DNA from: an uncultured Bdellovibrionales bacterium
GTDB lineage: Bacteria; Patescibacteriota; Minisyncoccia; Moranbacterales; UBA1568
DNA length: 64,000 nt
Assembly (NCBI GenBank): GCA_964580285.1
Contig: CAZOKB010000002.1
Span: 34,770 to 98,769, forward strand
Direction of reading: 5' to 3'
Shown one piece after another: positions 9,992 through 19,916 of the stretch; position 1 is the stretch's first letter; each line of letters begins with the position of its first letter. The position numbers were made by a program, and so were the translations under genes. The notes under the pieces were generated by a model, which searched no databases, was not told where the DNA came from, and saw nothing but the letters and a program-made list of their open reading frames with translations.

Positions 9992-10975
9992 TTAGGTGAG
10001 GATGTTTATATACTTTTGAGTCATGCTTTTTATATTAAATCGCTCCCTGGCTTTATTATTAGTTTGTATTTTTAGTCTACTAAGTCTTCCGGGGGGTATT
10101 TCTTGTATTATTTTTGAAAATTTTTCGTAACTTTCTTTGCTAAATGGATAGGAGTTTGTGAATGGATTGTGATTTATTACGTTAACATGATAACCGTTAT
10201 GCTCGTTTTCGATAATTTCGGAAATACTACCGCGATTAAAGGCAACAACAGGGAGTCCTGCTGCCATAGCTTCAAGAACGCTATTTGGGCAGGCGGATTG
10301 ATCAGAAAAGAGGAAAACGTCGTACTGATTGAGAATAGTCAAAAGAGCTTCATTGTCCTTTTTTCCCTTAAAGTGTATATGCGATGGCAGGTTTTGAAAG
10401 AGATAGGTTAAGTTTTCGGTATATGAGCCGTAGATATCCAAAGAGAAATGATTCGGATCGAGAAGCTTAACTGATTCTATGATTGGTTCAATCTGATCTC
10501 TTCTTCGAAACTTTGCAAAGGTGAGGAGTTTAAGAGGAGAATGCGGGGTAGGATTTTCTCTAGGCTGTATCTTTTCTATATCGACTCCATTATAGATAAT
10601 AGTGATCTCTTTTGCTTTTGTTTTTCCGAGGAATTTTTCGCAGGAAGTTTTGCTGAATTCGCTTTGATAAATGACGGTATCAGCAAAAAAATTATGAATA
10701 ATCTTCATTTTGAGATTATAGAACCAATACCGTTTTCCTGTAGGTGTAGCAGGATGATAGACGCCGTCTAATCGTTGGATTATTTTTTTTCTCTTAATTT
10801 TTGCGTAGAGAGGAAAGAATAGCGAGCAGTCAGTAATGATAAAAAGTACATCAAAATTTTTTTCAAAATTGAAGATAATAACAAATCCTCGTTTGATCAG
10901 TTGTTTGGAAAACTTCCCAACGAAGGTTGAAGTGCCGCCTATATCCTTTGTCGAAAAGGGGATGAATATTTTCAT
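9992..10975 (-). CDS. GT4 glycosyltransferase
   Basis: PNSVLEAMAAGLPVVAFNRGSISEII; start set at MKIFIP giving ATGA overlap with upstream GT2 gene. Confidence 0.8.
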   Translation of the reverse strand: MKIFIPFSTKDIGGTSTFVGKFSKQLIKRGFVIIFNFEKNFDVLFIITDCSLFFPLYAKIKRKKIIQRLDGVYHPATPTGKRYWFYNLKMKIIHNFFADTVIYQSEFSKTSCEKFLGKTKAKEITIIYNGVDIEKIQPRENPTPHSPLKLLTFAKFRRRDQIEPIIESVKLLDPNHFSLDIYGSYTENLTYLFQNLPSHIHFKGKKDNEALLTILNQYDVFLFSDQSACPNSVLEAMAAGLPVVAFNRGSISEIIENEHNGYHVNVINHNPFTNSYPFSKESYEKFSKIIQEIPPGRLSRLKIQTNNKARERFNIKSMTQKYINILT

Positions 10976-11766
10976 AGAGTTGCTTTCCGTTTCAGTTTTT
11001 TTAACCATTGCGGTGCAATGGCGACTAAGATTGGTTCGGCAAGCCATTTGTATTCACAGAGAGATCTTTTGTATCGCCTGAGGTATTTGATTCGAGTTTT
11101 AACGCATTGGAGCATCTGGTCTTTCTGATTTTTTCCATCAGAAGTAAGAGTGTTTTCGATATTTCGAAAACAGAGAAATTCGGGGATATTAGCAAAAGAA
11201 GATTGTGGGAGAAGGCGAAGCCAGAGATCGTAATCTTGTCCGTAGTAGACGGTTTCGTCATATCCTTCCACCTCTTTGATTTTGTTTGTTCGGAAGACAA
11301 CGCAGCTATGGGCAAATGGATTGTGTTTGAAAATATTTCTTTTGATTTCCTCGTTTGTTTCTGGGAGAGTAATTCTTTTTAATCCTTTTGAAGAGATATT
11401 TTCGTACCAGGTTCCGACGAGATCACAATCAGGGTGGTTTTCGAGAAAGTAGATTTGTTTTTCAAGTTTTTCTGGATGCCATTTGTCATCAGCATCGATT
11501 CTGGCGGTGTATGGCTCAGTAATAAATGATAATCCTTTGTTGAGAGATCGAGTAAGGCCGATATTGGTTTCATTTGCTAAAAGAAAAAATCTCTCTTCTC
11601 CGAATCGGTTTTGCCATTTCTTAAGAGAATTCAATGTGTCATCTTTTGAACAATCGTTTATAGCAATGATTCGAAAGTCTTGAAAAGTTTGTACTGAAAG
11701 ACTTTCGAATGTTTTATCGAGAGTTTTTTCTGCGTTATAGAGCGAGATAAGTACGGCGCATTTCAT
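10972..11766 (-). CDS. family-2 glycosyltransferase
   Basis: MKCAVLISLYNAEKTL...IIAINDCSKDDT...RIDADD. Confidence 0.85.
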   Translation of the reverse strand: MKCAVLISLYNAEKTLDKTFESLSVQTFQDFRIIAINDCSKDDTLNSLKKWQNRFGEERFFLLANETNIGLTRSLNKGLSFITEPYTARIDADDKWHPEKLEKQIYFLENHPDCDLVGTWYENISSKGLKRITLPETNEEIKRNIFKHNPFAHSCVVFRTNKIKEVEGYDETVYYGQDYDLWLRLLPQSSFANIPEFLCFRNIENTLTSDGKNQKDQMLQCVKTRIKYLRRYKRSLCEYKWLAEPILVAIAPQWLKKLKRKATL

Positions 11767-12866
11767 AGGGAATTGAGGAATTTTCTTAGTGACTCAGAAC
11801 TTGCTTTAAGAGAGAGATTTTTATGTATGAATTCTTTAGCTGCTGTCCCGATCTTTCTTGCTTCCTCTAGATTATCGAGAACTATGCGTATTGCTTGTGC
11901 GATATCGTTTGATGATTGAACTGGAACAAGAAAGCCAGTCTTTTTATTTTCAATGAGAACACGGTTTTCTGGGATATTCGTGGTAATAATAGGCAACGAG
12001 CATGTCATGGCTTCGAGAATAGCATTGCTCATTCCTTCAAAAAGAGTGGGAAGGACAAAAAGATGGGAAATTTTGAGAAGCTGAGGGACGTCGTTCCGGC
12101 GGCCGAGAAAAAGAATGTTTGCTTGGGAAGCGTAATTTTTAATCTGTTGTTTGAGGTTTTCTTGCTCGATTCCATCACCAACAAGGAGGAGTTTGAGTGG
12201 TCTTTGGTTGATGTGATGAAGTTCCTCGAAGGCTTCAAGAAGATATCGATGTCCTTTGTTTGGATGGAGGTTAGCGACACAGATAATGACGAAATCATCA
12301 GGGTTAATACTGAGAGATGTAATAAGGTTTTGATCTGGTTTTACTGAATCAAAAAAGTCAGTATCAATTCCTGTTGATACCACGGTAATTTTTTTCTGTG
12401 AGACCCCGAATTTTTCTACATAAGCATCCTTCACTGCTTGGGAATTTGCAAGATAGTGAAAAACAAAAGGTTTTGATATCTTTTCAAAGATTCGAGCAAA
12501 AAAATAACGAGAATAATTGTAGGTTGTCCCAAGGAAGGGAATGACCGGAGCGGAAGTAATCTTTTGAAGGGCAAAACGACCAATTGTGTCGGCATGAAAA
12601 AGGTAGGTAAGAATAATATCTGGTTTTTCTTCACGAACCAGTTTTCGAAGTCGAAAAACTCCACTAATATCAATTATTCCATTACAATGAACTGTTTCTA
12701 CGGGAATACCACTGGCAACAAACTTCGGAGTAAGTTCACCAAGTTCTTTTAAAGTGATAATTTTGTGTTCAAAATCAGAAAGTAGTGGAAGAGTACGTAG
12801 AAGGGCGTTTTCCCATCCTCCGTTACCAAGTGATTGGATGACATGAAGAATCTTTTTTTTCGGCAT
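11763..12866 (-). CDS. GT4 glycosyltransferase
   Basis: FEGMSNAILEAMTCSLPIITTNIPENRVLI...GFLV. Confidence 0.85.
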   Translation of the reverse strand: MPKKKILHVIQSLGNGGWENALLRTLPLLSDFEHKIITLKELGELTPKFVASGIPVETVHCNGIIDISGVFRLRKLVREEKPDIILTYLFHADTIGRFALQKITSAPVIPFLGTTYNYSRYFFARIFEKISKPFVFHYLANSQAVKDAYVEKFGVSQKKITVVSTGIDTDFFDSVKPDQNLITSLSINPDDFVIICVANLHPNKGHRYLLEAFEELHHINQRPLKLLLVGDGIEQENLKQQIKNYASQANILFLGRRNDVPQLLKISHLFVLPTLFEGMSNAILEAMTCSLPIITTNIPENRVLIENKKTGFLVPVQSSNDIAQAIRIVLDNLEEARKIGTAAKEFIHKNLSLKASSESLRKFLNSL

Positions 12867-12885
12867 AAGAAGAGATACCTTCTAG

Positions 12886-13974
12886 CTATCGTGTCCCTAC
12901 ACAGGTGATACCAGCCTCTGGATGCTCGAAGGATTGAACGTCCTTAAGTCTTCCGTCCCGAAACCATTGCTCGATTTCCTCAAAAAAGTAATAGTTGCTT
13001 TTTGGAGTCGCGAGGACATCAAAAGCGTCGTTGAGCTTCATGTTGAATGGAAAATGTGCATAGTAGGCAAACGGAAGTCTAGTTGCCAATTCCTTGAACC
13101 CGATTTTCTCGAGAAGTTTTCCGAAGAGATTGATAAGATGAACGCCAAACCCAGGAAGATAGCAGAACTTGAAGAGGATTGGTTTCGGGAGCTTCTTCAG
13201 AATGTCACGGAGCGGTTCGTAGAAATAAATAGCGCGCGCGTTGTTACGTCGGTTGTATACCCAGATCAAGAATTTCCCGCCCGAAGTAACAGTTTTTGGA
13301 AGCTTGAGGAAGCCTTGTTTTGGTCTTGGGAGATGATGAAGGACGCCGATAGAATAGGAGACATCAAAGGTGCCAAGGAATGGCATTTTATAAATATCAG
13401 CCTGGATAATACAGACATTCGGGAGATCCTTGGTCATGTCATAGGCTACCTCGACAGTTTCGCCGAGATCAGAACCAAAGGATACTTCGGTGCCAGAGAG
13501 CGCGGCCCACTTGGTGAAGCGTCCAGACCCGCAGCCGATATCGAGCGTCTTCTTTTCTTTGAGATTTTCTTCTTTCAAAAACGGTGAGAGAAAATGGAAG
13601 AAATTGTTTTTCTCGTAGTCGTTTTCTTTGTAGATGTACTTCCATTCATAAGCAAAGCTCTCGGCGGTTTTCTTTTGATGTCGCCAGAAAGCATCAAGAT
13701 CAGGAATAGCATCTATAGCTTTCTGCCATTCTTCGCTTATGTGAGGAGTAAGTTTTTCTTTGCAGGTATTAAAGAAATCTTGATGGACTTGGAGAAGGTT
13801 TTCTTTGAGTTCTTCTGTGAGAATTCTTGGGATCCCATTGATAATTGGATACCATGATTGCTCGGCAGTTAAAATGCCTGAAACAATATGTGGACCGTTT
13901 TCCTCGAAGATAGTGATTTCAAATGGCTTGTGCGAAATCGGATCAGAAAGATACTGGAGGTGCTCGTGTCTCAT
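12886..13974 (-). CDS. SAM-dependent methyltransferase with N-terminal Trm112-like domain
   Basis: LDIGCGSGRFTKWAAL (motif I); N-terminal ...YPIINGIPRIL Trm112-like segment. Confidence 0.8.
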   Translation of the reverse strand: MRHEHLQYLSDPISHKPFEITIFEENGPHIVSGILTAEQSWYPIINGIPRILTEELKENLLQVHQDFFNTCKEKLTPHISEEWQKAIDAIPDLDAFWRHQKKTAESFAYEWKYIYKENDYEKNNFFHFLSPFLKEENLKEKKTLDIGCGSGRFTKWAALSGTEVSFGSDLGETVEVAYDMTKDLPNVCIIQADIYKMPFLGTFDVSYSIGVLHHLPRPKQGFLKLPKTVTSGGKFLIWVYNRRNNARAIYFYEPLRDILKKLPKPILFKFCYLPGFGVHLINLFGKLLEKIGFKELATRLPFAYYAHFPFNMKLNDAFDVLATPKSNYYFFEEIEQWFRDGRLKDVQSFEHPEAGITCVGTR

Positions 13975-13995
13975 CGTTTCGGAATTATGAGTTAT

Positions 13996-14024
13996 AGAAA
14001 AAAGAGCTTTAATTTAGCTCTTTT
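13996..14024 (-). terminator. intrinsic terminator downstream of asnB-like gene
   Basis: AAAGAGCT-(7 nt loop)-AGCTCTTT hairpin followed on the minus strand by TTTTTTCT. Confidence 0.55.
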
Positions 14025-14061
14025 CCATTATATCACAGCTATTTATTTTGTGGCATGAAGT

Positions 14062-15948
14062 CTAAAAATACTCTTCAAACCAAAGTTCAAGAGTGAGAAG
14101 TGCCCAGATATGGGGAGAAAAATTGATGCTTGTGTTGCAGTGCTGATCAAGGATGTGCTCGATATATTCTTTGCGGAAGAGCTGGTCTTTGATGAGACGG
14201 CCGTTCAGGAGTTTTTCTCGTGTGTAGTCTTTGAGTTCATTACGAAACCAGTCATTGATGGGGACACCGAATCCCATCTTTGGCCGAAACATGACTTCAT
14301 CAGGTATGATGCCGCGAAGCGCTTCTTTGAGAATGTATTTCTTGTTGTTCAGTCCTTTGAGCTTCAGATGGAATGGAATCCCTGCTGAGAGTTCAAGCAT
14401 TTCGTGATCCAGAAAAGGGGATCTGCCTTCGAGTGCAACAGTCATCGTGGCGATATCAACTTTTACCAGGAGATCATCAGGAAGGTAGGTGGAAAAATCA
14501 GCGTAGACTGCTTGTTCTGCTCTCTGGGATGACCCGGATTGATTAAATTCGTGAGCGATCAGATCGTATGTGTCATTTCCCCAAACCTTCGCTTTGAATT
14601 CGTCAGTGTAAAGTTCTGCTTTTTGAGGATTGGTAAAATAGGAGGTGTAGTCCATATATCGCCTTCGGTAGTCTTCTCTGAGTGAGCGGCTGAACCGATG
14701 AATACGATCGAAAAGAGTGTTTTGGATAGTGTCGGCTGCGAGCCTGGCAAGAGGAGTTCCGAGATTTTTATGGAGAAATCCGAGTCGATCAAAAAGAAGC
14801 GAAATCTGGAAGGCTGCATAACGACTGTAGCCGGCAAAATTTTCATCTCCGCCGTCTCCGTTGAGAGCGACGGTGACGTGTTCGCGGGTGAGCTGAGAGA
14901 CGTAATAAGTAGGGAGTGCACTCGAATCAGCGTAGGGTTCCTCGTACTGTTTTGCGAGCATCGGAAGGAGTTCGATGGCATGCGGCTCAACAATGAATTC
15001 GGTGTGATCGGTCTTGAATCGATCAGCGATCATTTTTGCGTATGGGAGCTCATTGTACTTCTCTTCTTTAAAGCCAATGGAAAAGGTCTTAATGGGTTTA
15101 TCGGAATGCCGGGCCATCATAGCTACGATGGCACTGGAATCAACCCCGCCTGAAAGGAAGGCACCGATTGGCACATCGGAAATCATGCGGAGGCGAGTTG
15201 ATTCATCGAGCTTATCAATGATACGTTTTTTCCATTCATCTTCTGAGAGATCAAGCTTTTTTGAGTAATCAAGTTTCCAGTACCGCTTTTTTTCAAGAGT
15301 ACCGGTTTTAATATCGAGGGTGAGTGAGTGAGCAGGTTCAAGCTTTTTGATGTCCTTGAATCCGGTCATTGGGGCGGGGACATACTGAAGCGTCAGATAA
15401 TGATGAATCGCTTCGTAGTCAGGCTCTCTATGATATTCCGGTTGTGTCAGGATAGCTTTAAGTTCAGAGGCAAAGAGGAAAGTTTTCCCGTCAAAGAAGT
15501 ATTTGAGTGGCTTCTTGCCGACACGATCCCGAGCAGCGAAAAGTCGCCCTTTTTTTTCATCGTAGATGGCGAAAGCAAACATGCCGCGGAGATGATCGAG
15601 GCATTGCTCTCCGTATTTGTCGTAGAGTGCAAGGATAACTTCTGTATCTGAATGGGATGCAAACGTATAGCCTTCTTTTTCGAGAAGAGTACGCTTCTCT
15701 TGGAAGTTGTAAATTTCGCCATTGAAGACAATCTCATAGCGGTCAAGGTAGCGCATCGGCTGGTGGCCGAGCGGTGAGAGATCGATGATCGAGAGGCGAC
15801 GATGGCCGAGACCGACTTTTTGGTCGGGGGAAATATATACACCGCCATCGTCTGGACCGCGATGGAGGATAGCGTGATTCATTTGTTCGATCTCAGGAAG
15901 AAATACTTCTTTTGATGAAAGAGAAATTTTTCCAGCGATGCCGCACAT
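14062..15948 (-). CDS. asnB: asparagine synthetase B-type glutamine amidotransferase (glycan amidotransferase, WbpS-like context)
   Basis: N-terminal MCGIAG (Ntn Cys), SGGVDSS PP-loop, full-length ~630 aa; start set at MCGIAG. Confidence 0.9.
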   Translation of the reverse strand: MCGIAGKISLSSKEVFLPEIEQMNHAILHRGPDDGGVYISPDQKVGLGHRRLSIIDLSPLGHQPMRYLDRYEIVFNGEIYNFQEKRTLLEKEGYTFASHSDTEVILALYDKYGEQCLDHLRGMFAFAIYDEKKGRLFAARDRVGKKPLKYFFDGKTFLFASELKAILTQPEYHREPDYEAIHHYLTLQYVPAPMTGFKDIKKLEPAHSLTLDIKTGTLEKKRYWKLDYSKKLDLSEDEWKKRIIDKLDESTRLRMISDVPIGAFLSGGVDSSAIVAMMARHSDKPIKTFSIGFKEEKYNELPYAKMIADRFKTDHTEFIVEPHAIELLPMLAKQYEEPYADSSALPTYYVSQLTREHVTVALNGDGGDENFAGYSRYAAFQISLLFDRLGFLHKNLGTPLARLAADTIQNTLFDRIHRFSRSLREDYRRRYMDYTSYFTNPQKAELYTDEFKAKVWGNDTYDLIAHEFNQSGSSQRAEQAVYADFSTYLPDDLLVKVDIATMTVALEGRSPFLDHEMLELSAGIPFHLKLKGLNNKKYILKEALRGIIPDEVMFRPKMGFGVPINDWFRNELKDYTREKLLNGRLIKDQLFRKEYIEHILDQHCNTSINFSPHIWALLTLELWFEEYF

Positions 15949-15952
15949 AAGA

Positions 15953-17626
15953 TTATTTCTTTTTTTCCTGATAGACAACTATTTCACCAAACTGTCTATC
16001 TTTTGAAAAGTTAGCTAGATTTGGTAGTGATATATTCGTGCAATTTACTTCAGAAAAGGGTTGTTCTTTAGAGAAGATAGAAAATTTAGAAAGGATTCTA
16101 AAGAATTTTTCAAATAAATTTCTGTAAGAATAAGAATCGCAATTTTTGGTTGCACTTACGTAGAACTTTGCCCGAGAAAGATCACCACCTCTCTCAGGTG
16201 CTTTTGTTTGGTAATTTAGAAACAGCTGAGTATTGATAAAGGTTGCTTCTGGAGAATAAACGATTTTTTCCTCCGGGGAAGTGTTATAGGTCAGGTATTC
16301 GAGTAATTCATCTGAAATAGCAATATTTTGTGCCTGATTAAGATATGCATTCCAGAGATACGCATATACGGATGAAAGTGTGATGGATACAAGCAGAACA
16401 ACAAGAGTTAGTCCTTTTAGAGCTATAGAATAGATCCTTAATGGAATGTTTTTTGAAATTACTTTAAGCCAAAACCACGCAGCCTGCCCATACAATAGAA
16501 ATGTTACAGGCCAAAGATAAATAAGCGCCCTTTCCCCATTTATATTCAGGGAAGATATAGCGACAAAAAGTATGCCAGCAATATAAAGGCTAAGAAGTTT
16601 AAACTGTTTAAAATAGAAAAGGATCACTAAACAGAAAAAAAGCAACGGATACCCAAGCCAGTTGAGGAATATTAATTTAAAATAATTCTCTTCTATTTTT
16701 TTCCAACCCAAAAACATTATATTTTTCTTTTCTTGAGTGCTGGATAGGAAGTTGGATGATTCTGTTGTATTTTTTTTGTTTAGAATTGTTTCAGAGGTGT
16801 TAGTTGTTTCAGTTGTAGATTTATTTTCAACTATACTCTTGGTGATAAATTCGGGACTATATGGATTTCCATAGGAAGTATGGGAATAATATATAGCAAC
16901 AGGAGCGTAAACAATAATGCTAATAGTACAGAAAAAAATTATCTTTTTGAGTAACTGACGATCAATGTTTTTTGTCAGAAGCGAAAATAGAACAAAGAAG
17001 AGGAAAAGAATACACAAAAAATAAAGACTAAGAACGTGATTGAATATATAGAACGGAGAAATTACTCCAAGAATAATCAGCCATTGTTTTAATGTATGGT
17101 CAAAAAGAATTCCGAGAATAAAGAAAAAGAACGCAAGAGAGAAGAAGCTCGGAACGACCCAAAAAAATCCATGATAAGCCCCTGATCCGTTGTAGAGCGC
17201 TAGAATAAACAGAGAAAAGGCTATGAAGTTTTTATTGTTATTACAAAGTCTTTTCAAAAAAAATAACAATGATCCGAGAAGAAGAATGGTCCCAATGTAG
17301 AAGCCTAGATGATAAGTTTCAATTGCATTTAACTCAAGAAGTTTTCCGATTGTCCCAAAGAAAAGTCGATAGGTAAGATGATCAAATCCTGTATATGTAT
17401 CAAAATTTACCGGATTATCTTTGCAAAAAATAAAACTCTTACACTGCAAGACAGAGTCAATATGTTGTATGTACACATATGAATCATCGGGACTTGGTGG
17501 TATATGCCTATTGTTCCAAAGTGTCCCTATAAGAAAGAATTTCCAGATAATAAAAAATATGGATACAACAATGATCCACTTATTTTGTTTCGTCCAGTCA
17601 ATTATCTGTTTTTGATTAAATTGCAT
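15953..17626 (-). CDS. polytopic membrane protein with Thr/Asn-rich low-complexity loop, function unknown
   Basis: ~14 hydrophobic segments; internal STTETTNTSETILNKKNTTESSNF segment; start set at MQFNQ to avoid 66-nt overlap. Confidence 0.55.
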   Translation of the reverse strand: MQFNQKQIIDWTKQNKWIIVVSIFFIIWKFFLIGTLWNNRHIPPSPDDSYVYIQHIDSVLQCKSFIFCKDNPVNFDTYTGFDHLTYRLFFGTIGKLLELNAIETYHLGFYIGTILLLGSLLFFLKRLCNNNKNFIAFSLFILALYNGSGAYHGFFWVVPSFFSLAFFFFILGILFDHTLKQWLIILGVISPFYIFNHVLSLYFLCILFLFFVLFSLLTKNIDRQLLKKIIFFCTISIIVYAPVAIYYSHTSYGNPYSPEFITKSIVENKSTTETTNTSETILNKKNTTESSNFLSSTQEKKNIMFLGWKKIEENYFKLIFLNWLGYPLLFFCLVILFYFKQFKLLSLYIAGILFVAISSLNINGERALIYLWPVTFLLYGQAAWFWLKVISKNIPLRIYSIALKGLTLVVLLVSITLSSVYAYLWNAYLNQAQNIAISDELLEYLTYNTSPEEKIVYSPEATFINTQLFLNYQTKAPERGGDLSRAKFYVSATKNCDSYSYRNLFEKFFRILSKFSIFSKEQPFSEVNCTNISLPNLANFSKDRQFGEIVVYQEKKK

Positions 17627-17634
17627 GAATTTGG

Positions 17635-18798
17635 TTAATAAACAGAACCTTTTAAGATTTTTTTGAATACTTCTAAATATCTTTCGATAGAGTGTGGCCA
17701 CGAAAATTTATCATTTACTTTTTGATAGGCATTTTCTCCTAAGGACTGCCGAAATGTTGGATTATTGAGTAGTTTCTCTAATTTTTCAGCAAGAGACTGT
17801 ATATCATGTGGCTGGATGAGAAATCCATCTTTATGGCCAGAAATGACTTCTCGGGTACCGCCAACATTGGTAGCGATTATGGCTTTTTTGCAGAGAGCAG
17901 CTTCAATGACAGTAGTAGGAATTCCTTCTGAATAACTTGGATTAACAAAAATATCGGATACCTTCAAGAGTGCTATGGCTTCATCAAAACGACGGTGCCC
18001 AAAAAAAGTAACACTTTCTTCAAGATCTTTTTCTGAAACAAGATTTTCTAATCGCTTTAATTCTGGTCCATCCCCAATGATGAAGCAGTGAAAAAGTTCG
18101 TGATTCAAAGTGCTAATAGCTGCTATTAGATCCTTTACTCCTTTTCCATCAATGAGTCTACCGATGTAGCTAATGATGACTTTATTTTTATGATCTCTTT
18201 TAAAATTAGCGGCTTCTTGGATACGAAAAATATTTTCACTTTCAATTCCACGGTATATTACATGACAGTCAGTTCGTCCTGAGAGTGTATGAACAAACTC
18301 GGCTGATGCGTGTGAATTTGCTATGACAAGATCAGCGCGACAAATTACAAAACGTCCAAAGATTTGGTCATAAAGAATGCCGAGTTTTGTTTTGCAGTAT
18401 CCGTTGAATTGAGCATAACTTGATCCATGTTCGATATGAACAAGAGGAAATTTTCTTTTTTTGGCATAGTACCAGGCCATGAGAGAAGTAAAGAAAAATC
18501 GAGTACGACAAATAACAAGACTATAGTCATCTTTAAATAAAAGCTTCCATTGTTTCCAAAACGCACGTGACCAAAATTTTGGAAGAGGGTAGTTGTGTAT
18601 TAATTCGAAAGCAGGGAATCGCACTATTCTTACATTATTATGGCGTATTTCAGTTTCTGGGGCTTCTTGAGGAAGTCTCGGAGTAAATACAAAAATTTCT
18701 ACACCCTTCTTTGAAAGGTATTTATTAAACTCATCGCTATGCGTTTCCAGTCCGCCAATATGCGGAGGATAGTATGGTGAAAATATGAGGAGCTTCAT
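17635..18798 (-). CDS. GT4 glycosyltransferase
   Basis: SEGIPTTVIEAALCKKAIIATNVGGTREVI...GFLI. Confidence 0.85.
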   Translation of the reverse strand: MKLLIFSPYYPPHIGGLETHSDEFNKYLSKKGVEIFVFTPRLPQEAPETEIRHNNVRIVRFPAFELIHNYPLPKFWSRAFWKQWKLLFKDDYSLVICRTRFFFTSLMAWYYAKKRKFPLVHIEHGSSYAQFNGYCKTKLGILYDQIFGRFVICRADLVIANSHASAEFVHTLSGRTDCHVIYRGIESENIFRIQEAANFKRDHKNKVIISYIGRLIDGKGVKDLIAAISTLNHELFHCFIIGDGPELKRLENLVSEKDLEESVTFFGHRRFDEAIALLKVSDIFVNPSYSEGIPTTVIEAALCKKAIIATNVGGTREVISGHKDGFLIQPHDIQSLAEKLEKLLNNPTFRQSLGENAYQKVNDKFSWPHSIERYLEVFKKILKGSVY

Positions 18799-18799
18799 T

Positions 18800-19171
18800 T
18801 TATTCTTCTTGTTCCTCTGATGTGCCTTTGAGCGCTTCTTGTCGTGTGAGGGTAGTAAACTGTTGCTCGAGGCGTTCGATGGCGGAGAGGAGTTTGAAAA
18901 TCATAAGGAAGACAAGAATGAAGCCAACGAGGATGACGGCGTTGATATTGCCCGAGATGCCAATCCAGAGGGCGACATCGTTGCTCAGGTTTGGCCAGAT
19001 GGCGATGGCTGCCATGCCACCCCAAACAATGATACGCACGGCGAGCTTGATAAAAGTCTGTCCGCTCTCATGTTTGATAAAATTTTTAACACCCTGGCCG
19101 ATCATGAAGAGGGCGAGGATGGCGATGACTATCTGGTAAAGCGCGAAGGACATAATAGGGTCAATTAACAA
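18800..19171 (-). CDS. small membrane protein (DUF2304-like partner of GT2 genes)
   Basis: 123 aa, three hydrophobic helices, charged C-terminal tail, located immediately downstream of a GT2 gene as in GT2-DUF2304 pairs. Confidence 0.5.
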   Translation of the reverse strand: MLIDPIMSFALYQIVIAILALFMIGQGVKNFIKHESGQTFIKLAVRIIVWGGMAAIAIWPNLSNDVALWIGISGNINAVILVGFILVFLMIFKLLSAIERLEQQFTTLTRQEALKGTSEEQEE

Positions 19172-19205
19172 TTAACAAAAAACAGATAACAATTTAACTG
19201 ACAAT
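19162..19205. repeat. AATTAACA(A/G)TTAACAA motif copy with local inverted repeat (GTCAATTAAC ... GTTAAATTGAC-like)
   Basis: sequence GTCAATTAACAATTAACAAAAAACAGATAACAATTTAACTGAC in the 22-bp gap between two minus-strand genes; related to the IRs at 21843 and 22308. Confidence 0.4.
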
Positions 19206-19889
19206 ATTCCAAATAATTTTGTAGAGCGTTTTGATGCCGTTCAGGAGGCTTTGTTTGTGAATTTTACCCATTGAATAGTCAGTATAGCGCACTTGGATGG
19301 GAATTTCCTGGTATTTGAGTTGGTATTTGTAGATTTCCCGGATCACCTCGCTATCGTATTCGTAGCGATCGGTTTTGGTATTGATCACTTCGGCGGCATG
19401 GCGGGAGTACGCGCGGAAGCCAGACTGGCTATCGGTCACGTAGAGACCATAGAGATACCACACCAGAATATTTCCGATTTTGTTGTGCAAAATCTTGTAG
19501 CCCGGCATGCCCTTGGGATTGATGAGTCGGGATCCAAGGACGACATCGCAGTGATTCTTCTGGATGGGGTTGATAAGGTTTTTAATATCATGCGGGTCGT
19601 GCTGGCCATCGCCATCCATGGTGATGATAATATCAGCTCCGAGAAGCTTAGCGGCCTCGATACCGGTTTTGGTAGCCGCGCCCTTGCCCCGGTTAATCTG
19701 GTGTTTGAAGGCGATGGCGCCAGCTTGTTTGGCTGCGTCTTGGGTCTGATCCTTTGAGCCGTCATCTATTATGACGATGTTGGAGTACCCGGCATTACGG
19801 ATCTCGTGAATGACTGAAGTAATAACCGTTTCTTCGTTATAGGCCGGAACGACAACGAAGATCTTGTGAGGGAGGGAGGAAGAAGTCAT
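19194..19889 (-). CDS. family-2 glycosyltransferase (polyprenyl-phosphate glycosyltransferase-like)
   Basis: KIFVVVPAYNEETVI...IVIIDDGSKDQT...DGDGQHDP. Confidence 0.85.
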   Translation of the reverse strand: MTSSSLPHKIFVVVPAYNEETVITSVIHEIRNAGYSNIVIIDDGSKDQTQDAAKQAGAIAFKHQINRGKGAATKTGIEAAKLLGADIIITMDGDGQHDPHDIKNLINPIQKNHCDVVLGSRLINPKGMPGYKILHNKIGNILVWYLYGLYVTDSQSGFRAYSRHAAEVINTKTDRYEYDSEVIREIYKYQLKYQEIPIQVRYTDYSMGKIHKQSLLNGIKTLYKIIWNIVS

Positions 19890-19916
19890 AACAGTGTTAG
19901 TGAAGAGAAGGTAGGC

